Assembly (NCBI RefSeq): GCF_018977255.1
Contig: NW_024704742.1
Location: 63,676,001 to 63,740,000 of the forward strand
Direction: 5' to 3'
From: Callorhinchus milii
Lineage: Eukaryota
DNA: 64,000 nt
Below, piece after piece: positions 23,924 to 34,150 of this stretch (position 1 is the stretch's first letter; each line of letters begins with the position of its first letter). The notes beneath the pieces were generated by a model, which was not told the DNA's origin, ran no database searches, and was given only the letters and a program-made list of their open reading frames with translations. The translations under genes and the position numbers were made by a program.

Positions 23924-24560
23924 CCCCCCCTCACCCCCCCCACCCCCGGGCTGCCCTGCCCCCCCTCACTCCCCCGGGCTGCCCTGCCCCCCCTCTACAC
24001 CCCCCCCCCCCCGAGCTGCCCTGCCCCCCCTCTACACCCCCCCGGGCTGCCCTGCCCCCCCTCACCCCCCCGGGCTGCCCTGCACCCCCCCCCCCCCCTC
24101 CCCCCCCCCCGCTGCCCTGCCCCCCTCCCCCCCCCCGGCTGCCCTGCCCCCCCTCACCCCCCCGGCTGCCCTGCCCCCCCCCCCCCCCGGCTGCCCTGCC
24201 CCCCCTCACCCCCCCGAGCTGCCCTGCCCCCCTCACCCCCCCCCCCCGGCTGCCCTGCCCCCCCCTCACCCCCCGGGCTGCCCTGCCCCCCCTCACCCCC
24301 CCCCCCGAGCTGCCCTGCCCCCCCCTCACCCCCCGGGCTGCCCTGCCCCCCCCACCCCCCGGCTGCCCTGCCCCCCCCCCCCTCACCCCCCCCCCCCCGA
24401 GCTGCCCTGCCCCCCTCACCCCCCCCCCCGAGCTGCCCTGCCCCCCTCACCCCCCCCCCGGGCTGCCCTGCCCCCCCCCCGGGCTGCCCTGCCCCCCCTC
24501 ACCCCCCCCCGAGCTGCCCGGCCCTCCCTGTCCCTCTGCACACGCCCCCCCCCCCCCCGG
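23924..24560 (+). repeat. C-rich minisatellite, unit approx. C(n)G(G/A)GCTGCCCTGC(n)TCA
   Basis: Roughly 20 units with variable C-run lengths are directly visible. Confidence 0.95.
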
Positions 24561-24564
24561 GTCT

Positions 24565-24791
24565 CCCCGGGTGTCTGTCTCTGTGAGAGAGAGTGAGAGA
24601 GAGGAGAAAGTTCAGTGTTGCTCTGTGGGGTCGCTCCCGCACAGGCAGCGGGAGGAGGGGGTGTCGGGCCCCGCGCCGCCACCACCACCACCACCACAGT
24701 CTCCGGAGGCGGCGACAGCCCCCAGAGAGGGGGAGGGTCTCAGCCGCTAACCCGGGCTGTGGGGAGCTCTCCCCGTCCGGTTATCTTGTGG
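24565..24791 (+). other. Second CpG-rich unique segment; candidate non-coding 5' exon of SH3RF1
   Basis: GC/CpG-rich unique block ending in a consensus donor TGG|GTGAGT (GT at 24792). The start coordinate is approximate. Confidence 0.55.
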
Positions 24792-24816
24792 GTGAGTTTG
24801 GTTTATTTGTGTTTAT

Positions 24817-25190
24817 GTGTGTGTGAGAGAGAGAAAGAGAGAGAGAGAGGGGGTAATGTAATGTGTGAGAGAGAGAGGGTAATGTAATGTGTGTGAGAGA
24901 GAGAGAGAGAAGGGGGTAATGTAATGTGTGAGAGAGAGAGAGAGAGAGAGAAGGGGGTAATGTAATGTGTGTGAGAGAGAGAGAGATAAGGGGGTAATGT
25001 AATGTGTGAGAGAGAGGAGAGGAGTATGTGTGGGAGGAGAGAAGGGGGTAATGTAATGTGTGAGAGAGAGAGAGAGAGGGTAATGTAATGTGTGAGAGAG
25101 AGAGAGAGAGGGTAATGTAATGTGTGTGAGAGAGAGAGGGGGTAATGTAATGTGTGTGAGAGAGAGAGAGACAGAGAGGGGGTAATGTAA

Positions 25191-25233
<43 letters not shown>

Positions 25234-27594
25234 GGGTAATGTAATGTGTGTGTGTGAGAGAGAGAGAGAGAGGGTAATGTAATGTGTGAGAGAGAGGGGG
25301 TAATGTAATGTGTGTGAGAGAGAGAGAGGGGGTAATGTAATGTGTGAGAGAGAGAGAGAGGGGGTAATGTAATGTGTGTGAGAGAGAGAGAGGGGGTAAT
25401 GTAATGTGTGTGAGAGAGAGAGAGACAGAGAGGGGGTAATGTAATGTGTGTGAGAGAGAGGGGGTCATGTAATGTGTGTGAGAGAGAGAGAGAGACAGAG
25501 AGGGGGTAATGTAATGTGTGTGAGAGAGAGAGGGGGTAATGTAATGTGTGAGAGAGAGAGAGAGAGAGGGTAATGTAATGTGTGTGAGAGAGAGAGAGAG
25601 GGTAATGTAATGTGTGAGAGAGAGAGAGAGAGAGAGACAGAGAGAGGGTAATGTAATGTGTGTGTGAGAGAGAGAGAGAGAGACAGAGAGGGGGTAATGT
25701 AATGTGTGTGTGAGAGAGAGAGAGAGAGGGGGTAATGTAATGTGTGTGTGAGAGAGAGAGGGGGTAATGTAATGTGTGAGAGAGAGAGAGAGAGAGGGTA
25801 ATGTAATGTGTGTGTGAGAGAGAGAGGGGGTAATGTAATGTGTGTGAGAGAGAGAGAGAGAGACAGAGAGAGGGTAATGTAATGTGTGTGTGAGAGAGAG
25901 AGAGAGAGGGGGTAATGTAATGTGTGAGGGAGAGAGAGAGAGGGTAATGTAATGTGTGAGGGAGAGAGAGATGGGTGTAATGTGTGTGAGAGAGAGATGG
26001 GGGTGGGGGGTAATGTAATGTGTGAGGGAGGGGGGGGGGAATCTAATGTGTGTGAGAAAGAGAAGGGGGTGTAATGTGTTTGTGAGAGAGAGGGTGTGTG
26101 TGAGGGGTGGGGGGTAATGTAATCTGTGAGGGGTGGGGGGGTAATGTAATGTGTGGGTGTGAGAGAGAGAGAGGGGATAATGTAATGTGTGTGAGGCGGG
26201 GGTAATGTAATTTGTGGGTGTGTGAGAGAGAGAGCGAGAGAGAGAGGGGTGTAATGTGTGAGAGAGAGAGGGGGAGCAATGTAATGTGAGAGAGAGAGGG
26301 GTGTAATGTGTGAGAGAGAGAGATGGGGGTGGGGGGGGGGAAATGTAATGTGTGTGAGAGAGAGAGAAGGGGGTGTAATGTAATGTGTGTGAGAGAGGAG
26401 GGGAATTGTAATGTGTGTGAGAGAGAGGGGGAATTGTAATGTGTGTGAGAGAGAGGAGGAAATGTAATGTGTGTGAGAGAGAGAAGGGGGTGTAAGAGAG
26501 AGAGGGGGTAATGTAATGTGTGAGAGAGAGAGAAAGAGAGAGAGGGGGAATGTAATGTGTGAGAGAGAGGGGGGGTAATGTAATGTGTGTGTGAGAGAGA
26601 GAGAAAGAGAGGGTAATGTAATGTGTGAGAGAGAGGGGGGGGGATGTAATGTGTGAGAGGGGGGGTAATGTAATGTGTGTGTGAGAGAGAGAGAGAGAGG
26701 GGGTAATGTAATGTGTGAGAGAGAGGGGGGGGAATGTAATGTGTGAGAGAGAGGGGGGGGGAATGTAATGTGTGAGAGAGAGGGGGGGGAATGTAATGTG
26801 TGTGAGTGAGAGAGAGAGAGAGAGGGGGTAATGTAATGTGTGTGAGAGAGAGGGGGGGAAATGTAATGTGTGAAAGAGAGGGAGGGGGGGCTAATGTAAT
26901 GTGGGAGAGGGGGGGTAATGTAATGTGGGAGAGAGGGGGGGTTAATGTGTGTGTGTGTGAGAGAGAGAGAGAGGGGGGTAATGTAATTTGTGAGAGAGGG
27001 AGAGGGGGCTAATGTAATGTGTGAGGGAGAGGGGGGTCTAATGTAATGTGTGGGAGAGCGTGAGAGTAATATGTGCGAGAGAGTGGGGGGGCGGACTAAT
27101 GTAATGTGTGTGAGGGATCGAGAGAGAGATGGGGTAATGCAATATGGGGCGGGTGTAGTGTAATGTGTGTGTATGTATGTGTGAGAGGGGCTAATGTGTG
27201 TGTGTGAGAGAGAGAGAGGGGTAATGTGTGAGCGAGGGTCTAATGTAATGTGTGAGAGAGAGGGGGGTAATGTGTGTGTGAGAGAGAGGGGTAATGTGTG
27301 AGCGAGGGTCTAATGTAATGTGTGAGAGAGAGGAGGGGTAATGTGTGAGCGAGGGTCTAATGTAATGTGTGAGAGAGAGGGGGGTAATGTGTGTGTGAGA
27401 GAGAGGAGGGGTAATGTGTGAGCGAGGGTCTAATGTAATGTGTGAGAGAGAGGGGGGTAATGTGTGAGCGAGGGTCTAATGTAATGTGTGAGAGAGAGGG
27501 GGGTAATGTGTGAGCGAGAGGGGTAATGTGTGTGTGAGAGAGGGGAGGGGAGGTAATGTGTGTGTGAGAGGGGGGTAATGTGTGTGTGAGAGAG
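24817..27594 (+). repeat. Compound minisatellite (GA)n-GGGGTAATGTAAT-(GT)n
   Basis: About 2.8 kb array. It resumes at ~28654-28810 after the SINE/LINE insertion. Confidence 0.97.
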
Positions 27595-28652
27595 AGTCCT
27601 GTAGCTCAGTGGTTAGAGCACTCGCCTTGCAAGCGAGACACCCGAGTTCAATTCCAGGCAGAGGACGAAACCTTGGAAGTTTCCTTACTCCACACACCTA
27701 ATAATAATCCCTCCAAAACAAAAAACAATAATAAATTGGTCACTTTCAATCCACGACTATTTGTGGGACACTGCTGTGCGCAATTGGCTGCCGCGTTTTG
27801 CCCTCAAATATACTGTCAATTCACTTTACAATGTATTCTGTGAAGCGTTTTGAGACAACAACAACAACAAGATTTCATTTATAGAGCGCCTTTCACGTCG
27901 GGGGGACGTCCCAAGGCGCTGTACAGTTGGGTCGGGACCCGAGCATTGGGGGGGAAATGGTCAGGGTGAGGGGAGGGAAGGGAGGGAGCGAGGAGGGGGT
28001 AGAGAGTCGAGAGGGGAGCTGAAGGCACGGTTGAAGAGAAAGGTCTTGAGACCGGCCTTGAAGGAGGAAAGGGAGGAAGCGGCGAAGGCACTGGGGGATA
28101 GAGTTCCAGAGCCTCGGGGCTGAGAGGCTGAAGGCCCGACCACCGATGGTAGGGCGGTTGGGGCGGGGGATGTGGAGCAGACCGGAGCCAGAGGAACGGA
28201 GGGTACGGGCAGGTAGGTAGGGGGATAGTAGGTCGGAGAGGTAGGAGGGAGCGAGGCCGTGAATGGCCTTGTAGGTGAGGATGAGGATCTTGAAATCAAT
28301 CCTCTGGGGGATGGGGAGCCAGTGGAGGCGAGCGAGGGTGGGAGTGATGTGGTCCCGAAGCCTGGTGCGGGACAGTACACGAGCTGCAGAGTTCTGAATG
28401 ACCTGCAGTGTGGAGGGAGGTGGCGGGAAGGCCGGCGAGGAGAGAGTTCCCATAGTCCAGCCTTGAGGTGATAAAGGCGTGGACCAGGGTTTCAGCCGCG
28501 TGAGGGGTGAGGTAATGGCGTAGTCTGGCGATGTTCCGGAGGTGATGGAAGGCGGTGCCAGTTGTGGCGCTGATATGAGGGAGAAAGGACGTGAAAAACG
28601 CTATATCAAATGCAAGGATTATTATTTTATTTTTATTATTTTTATTTTTTAT
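27594..28652 (+). mobile_element. tRNA-Deu-L2 SINE inserted in the satellite and split by an antisense L2
   Basis: SINE head at 27594 through ...TTTTGAGAC (27856); the tail resumes as ACGTGAAAAACGCTATATCAAATGCAAGG at 28589. Confidence 0.9.
27857..28588 (-). mobile_element. Young L2 LINE 3' fragment
   Basis: (AAC)n tail; minus-strand ORF LQVIQNSAARVLSRTRLRDHITPTLARLHWLPIPQRIDFKILILTYKAIHGLAPSYLSDLL. Confidence 0.93.
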
Positions 28653-29029
28653 TAGAGGGGGTAATGATATGTGTGTGAGAGAGGGGGGATGGGGTATTGT
28701 AATGTGTATGAGAGCGAGAGGGAGAGGGGTTTAATGTAATGTGTGAGATAGAGAGGTGTGGTTAATGTAGTGTGTGTGTGAGAGAGAAGGGGGTAATGTA
28801 ATGTGTGTTTGGGGGTGGTTGAGGGGGGTGGAGCGCGTGTGAGTGTGGGGTGTGTGGGGGTGGGGGTGGGGGTTGGGTGGAGTGTGTGTGAGATGGCGGG
28901 GGGTGTTCAGATCCATGTCCTCAACCACTACCAGCGAAAGAGACGAGCAGAGGTACAGAAAAAGACTGACTGCCTGAGTGACTAAGAGAGACACACAGAC
29001 AGGTACAAACACAGAGAGAGACAGAGCGA

Positions 29030-30500
29030 GTAGGCACAGAGATACAGGAACAGAGAGGGAGAGAGAGATACAGACAGAGGGGGAGAGGGATATACAGACA
29101 GAGAGGGAGAGAGATAGATACAGACAGAGAGGGAGAGGGAGATACAGACAGAGAGGGAGAGAGATAGATACAGACAGAGAGATACAGACAGAGGGAGAGA
29201 GATACAGACAGAGGGAGAGAGATAGATGCAGACAGAGAGGGAGAGGGAGATACAGACAGAGAGATACAGACAGAGGGAGAGAGATACAGACAGAGGGAGA
29301 GAGATAGATGCAGACAGAGAGGGAGAGGGAGATACAGACAGAGAGGGAGAGAGATAGATACAGACAGAGAGGGAGAGAGATAGATACAGACAGAGAGGGA
29401 GAGAGAGAGATACAGACAGAGGGAGAGAGATACAGACAGAGAGGGAGAGAGAGAGATACAGAGAGGGAGAGAGATAGATGCAGACAGAGAGGGAGAGAGA
29501 GAGATACATAGAGGGAGAGAGATAGATGCAGACAGAGAGGGAGAGAGAGAGATACATAGAGGGAGAAAGATAGATGCAGACAGGGAGGGAGAGAGATAGA
29601 TGTAGACAGAGAGGGAGAGGGAGATGCAGACAGAGAGGGAGAGAGAGAGATACATAGAGGAAGAGAGATAGATGCAGACAGAGAGGGAGAGGGAGATGCA
29701 GACAGAGAGGGAGAGAGAGAGAGATACATAGAGGGAGAGAGATAGATGCAGACAGAGAGGGAGAGGGAGATGCAGACAGAGAGGGAGAGGGAGATGCAGA
29801 CAGAGAGGGAGAGAGAGAGAGATACAGAGAGGGAGAGAGATAGATGTAGACAGAGAGGGAGAGGGAGATGCAGGCAGAGAGGGAGAGAGAGAGATACATA
29901 GAGGGAGAGAGATAGATGCAGACAGAGAGGGAGAGAGATAGATGCAGACAGAGAGGGAGATGCAGACAGAGAGGGAGAGGGGGATGCAGACAGAGAGGGA
30001 GAGGGAGAAGCAGACAGAGAGGGAGAGAGAGAGAGATACAGAGAGGGAGAGAGATAGATACAGACAGGGAGGGAGAGAGATAGATGTAGACAGAGAGGGA
30101 GAGGAAGATGCAGACAGAGAGGGAAAGAGAGAGATACAGAGAGGGAGAGAGATAGATGCAGAGGGAGAGGGAGATGCAGACAGAGAGGGAGAGAGATAGA
30201 TGCAGACAGAGAGGGAGAGAGAGAGATACAGAGAGGGAGAGAGATAGATGCAGACAGAGAGGGAGAGAGATAGATGCAGACAGAGAGGGAGAGAGAGAGA
30301 TGCAGACAGAGAGGGAGAGAGAGAGATACAGAGAGGGAGAGAGAGAGATACAGAGAGGGAGAGAGATAGATGCAGACAGAGAAGGAGAGATATAGATACA
30401 GACAGAGAGGGAGAGAGATAGATGCAGACAGAGAGGGAGAGAGATAGATGCAGACAGAGAGGGAGAGGGAGATGCAGATAGAGAGGGAGAGAGATAGAGG
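29030..30500 (+). repeat. Purine-rich compound microsatellite (GA, GACA, GATA, GATGCA units)
   Basis: About 1.5 kb directly visible. Confidence 0.95.
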
Positions 30501-31804
30501 TACAGTGACTGAGTGAAAGAGAGAGATAGAGAAAGGGTATAAGGAGACTTAGGTACTGGGATGGAGAGGTTAACAGAGGGTGGTGGGGTGTTGTGCAGAG
30601 AGGGATGGAAAGGTACTCCTCACAGAGAGTTAAGCACAGCGTTTGAGAACGTCAGTAGCATTTACGGAAAGATAAAAGAAGCTCGGAGAGAGAGGTACCC
30701 AGACAGAACGAGAGAAGGCAGACAAGTCTGAGACCTGAAGAATAGGATATATTTGGGCAGTGAGCGAGAGGAACAGATACAGTGTGTGAGACAGAAACTC
30801 GGAGAAAGAAGCGGCTAGAGAGATGTGGCTTTCACACACAGATAGATGGGAGAGGAGCAGCACCTGACCAGTTATTTGCAGACTTCTCCCCTGCTCTCTC
30901 CTGCCTTTTCGCCATATTTCTTCATGGTAAAATGTTTCTATAAGTGTTTTGGGTGAAACTGGACTCTTTGGCCGCTCATGTAATTGAGCTAATTTAACAT
31001 TTTAACTCATAATCCGAATAAACTGGTATTTGGTCTCTTTTCACCGACAGTAGTGTATTTAAATCGAAAGCAGCTCGTTTGCAAATCCAGGGTCCGCTGA
31101 AAGATTGTACATTATGCAACTGAAATTTTCTCTTCATTCTTGCACAGATCTAATATTTAAAGTGTGGGAGAGGGGAAGTGTTTCACCAATTTTGTCTCAG
31201 GAGTAAAACTTGTAGAAAAATCTCTGGTTGCCGGTGGTGTGTGTGAATGTGTGGTGTGGTGTTGTCAGTAATTTTAATTCACACATCGGGAAAGTATATT
31301 GTGTTCACTTACATTATTCCATTTTATTTAAAGATCAGTAGCAGAGATTAGGCGAGGCATGTGTTTTTTTTACCTGTTTGTGAAGTGCATGCGGTACATG
31401 TAATCAGAAGATTGTATAGTATTCAATACATGTATTTCCTACCGTACAGAAATGGAGACTGTTAATTCCTCTTCCCTGTGCCCTCCCAACGATGTTTTAT
31501 ACATTCATACATTTATTACATTTATGTGATTTGACTAGTGTGAAAAAATATTGGCATATGGTGATTTTTTTTGGTGTTGTGCATTGAGTCCCAAACAATT
31601 CCCAGCAATGAAAGTGGTGATTTGGATCTTCCTACTCCGTGCAAGGAATGGTAATTAGAAAGACTTATACAACAGGTCTGTTCCTGTGCTTCATTAAATA
31701 ATTTTCTTTTAAAGATATGTGGTTTAAAGGTAGAAAGATATTGCTTTGTGAATCCTTGCCATCATTGTGATAGTGTGATGGTGAGTGTTTTCATTCTTTG
31801 TCAT

Positions 31805-31941
31805 TCTGCTGTGCGTAATTTGTTGCCAAGTTTCGCCCAGAAAACATACAGTCAATTCACTTGAAAGTATATTCTGTGAAGCACTTTGAGATGCTTCGAA
31901 GACATGATAAGGCGCTATATCAAATGCAAGGACTATTATTA
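31805..31941 (+). mobile_element. SINE 3' fragment
   Basis: Deu core remnant and tail ...GCGCTATATCAAATGCAAGGACTATTATT. Confidence 0.8.
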
Positions 31942-32151
31942 TGACGTTGCTAAATTTTAGAAAAATATTGAGAGATATTTATAATATGGCTAGGAATGTA
32001 AATCAAAAAAGTGAAATCACCCTTTTATCCCAAATTGAATTTCGAAGTGTTATAAATAAATGCCCTAAATTGCTGGCACCACAATACTTTACCAGAAAGT
32101 TTTGTTAATAATTTTTATTATTTATTAATAAGATCTTATTTTTCTCAATAG

Positions 32152-32299
32152 ACATTGAAATTGAAGTGGAGGGAATGGATGTAACGTGATCAAATGTTGG
32201 TCGAAAACAGATTGCTGGTCTTGAAGCAAAAAATTGACATAATGAAATTCTTTATCAGAAACTCAACTTGGACCGAAGCTTTGAAATAAACAGACAAGA
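32152..32299 (+). other. SH3RF1: SH3RF1 5' UTR portion of the first coding exon
   Basis: Acceptor tttttctcaatAG at 32150-32151, upstream of the ATG at 32300. Confidence 0.65.
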
Positions 32300-32692
32300 A
32301 TGGATGAATCTGCTTTGTTGGATCTGCTTGAATGTCCGGTGTGCTTGGAGCGGCTTGATGCCACAGCAAAAGTGTTACCTTGCCAACACACGTTCTGCAG
32401 ACGATGCTTGCAGGGAATCCTGAATTCCAGAAGTGAACTGCGCTGCCCAGAATGCAGGACTTTGGTAGAATGTAGTGTTGATGAACTTCCCACCAACATC
32501 TTACTGGTTAGACTACTTGATGGTATCAAGCATCGACCAAGGAGGCCTGGAAATAGTACAAGCAATGGCAATAATGGCACCAACAACCCAAGGACACAAG
32601 GCAGTGGTCCCATTACTACTGCTAATTGTGGCACTACGTTGCGGGATCTTCAAAGCACTCATAGAGTGCAAGCACGCAGCCCCCCAGTCAGG
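32300..32692 (+). CDS. SH3RF1: SH3RF1 (POSH) E3 ubiquitin ligase, first coding exon with C3HC4 RING finger (131 codons)
   Basis: [33 protein letters not shown]...CPECRTLV...[12 protein letters not shown]...SPPVR, with donor AGG|GTAGGT. Its position downstream of NEK1 matches the known synteny and favours SH3RF1 over SH3RF3. The next (SH3) exon was not found in the window. Confidence 0.95.
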
Positions 32693-33799
32693 GTAGGTGG
32701 TCATTTATTCTTTTCATGCATTTAGCCTTTTAAATACCAAACCCAAGTTTAAAAATATTGTTTGAATACAATGTTTGATTCAGGGAAAAATGTAACTTTC
32801 TCTACATTGAAAATTGGATATCATAATTTTAAAGCTTTTGTTTAGCGCCATATTAAAAATGTAATACAAAATTACATTTGTATAGCATGTTTCACATCGG
32901 GAGGCTGTCCCAATGCGCTGAACAGTCAGGGATTTGTGCCCGGGCAGGGGAATTAGGATCAGTGAGGGTGGCAGACAAGGAGAGTAATATAGAAGTTACC
33001 TTTAGTATTCAGAGGTTTTTGAGTGACATATTTCTCCAAAAAGCAGAAGTTTGTTTCATTAAACTTAATTTGTAATTAATAATGTAGAGATACAAAAAAC
33101 TAAAGATATATTGAACACTGCAAAGGTTTGTTTTTAAGTAGCATTATGTGTATGTTTCATGGCACTAGATTTAAATTATTTAATGGTAGTTGTATTTGAT
33201 CCATATACTATTGGGAACTCAAAATGATACAGCAGATATTAGTTTGTAAAAGCCCAGAAGACATTTTTCAAGTCTCGCTTTTTCTGCTGAGAAAGCTCGG
33301 GTGTTATCGTATCTCAACTTGAAGCTTCACAATTCCAGTTAAATAGCTGTAAATGAAACAGCTAAATTAAAATTTTACACTTTACGAAGTTGAAATGCTA
33401 GTAACCCTGTATGACATAGATAGCTAATTGCTGTTAAATCTTTTTGGGTGTATTCTTACAGAAGCTAAAAGTACCTTCCATGATCATTTTTTGTAGGTAA
33501 AAGGAATGATTGGGAATTAATAAGGCAATTATATTCATTTTGTGTCCTACAAAAGTAGTGCAGTGTGATTACAACGAAACTAGCAGGTTCAAGACCACTT
33601 AAGTCAGATAGTCCTACATTGCTCTGCTGCACCAATACAGATTGTTGCTACAAAGATGATAGGGCACAATTCTAAGATGGCCAATAGGATTACCAATTAA
33701 TAAATTGTAAAGTTTCCATCGATTCAGGTTTGAGTGGGATCTTAGAAATTGTTTTTGAGGTATACACTGCTCTGCGAATTGATTAGATTTTGAACTCAG

Positions 33800-34150
33800 G
33801 TAGTCAAGGCTGACACTCCAGTGCAGTGCTGTTGGCTTGCTGCATTGGTGAAGGTGCTGTCCTTCAGATGAAACATTAAACCAATGTCCCCACTGCCTGG
33901 ATATTAAAGATCCTGAAGAACTATTCTGAAAAGAGAACAAAGTTTCTCCCGGCGAACTGGCCAACTATCCCCCTGGTATTATTGATCATTCACTCTATGG
34001 CTTTGTTGTGTGTTTCTGTGTGCAAAATAGCTGCTATGCTTCGCCTCCAAAAATACATTTGTTACACCTTACAGTCCAGTCTATTCTGTGAAGCATTTTG
34101 AGACATGCTCCTGATATGAATAGTGCTATATCAAATCTAAGGATTATTAT
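33800..34150 (+). mobile_element. Old Deu-SINE
   Basis: GGCTGACACTCCAGTGCAGTGCTG...CAGATGAAACATTAAACC body, core and tail. Confidence 0.7.

Noticed and set aside
22241..24697. Long ORFs (up to 694 aa) rich in G/A/Q/R/P/C in nearly all frames
   Set aside because: They are translations of stop-free G-rich and C-rich satellites, open on both strands, with no domain.
24817..27594. Constant core with variable spacers, superficially CRISPR-like
   Set aside because: The spacers are only (GA)n/(GT)n tracts, the context is a vertebrate intron, and there are no cas genes.
24803..30395. SLSLSH/ERER-type ORFs
   Set aside because: Microsatellite translation artefacts.
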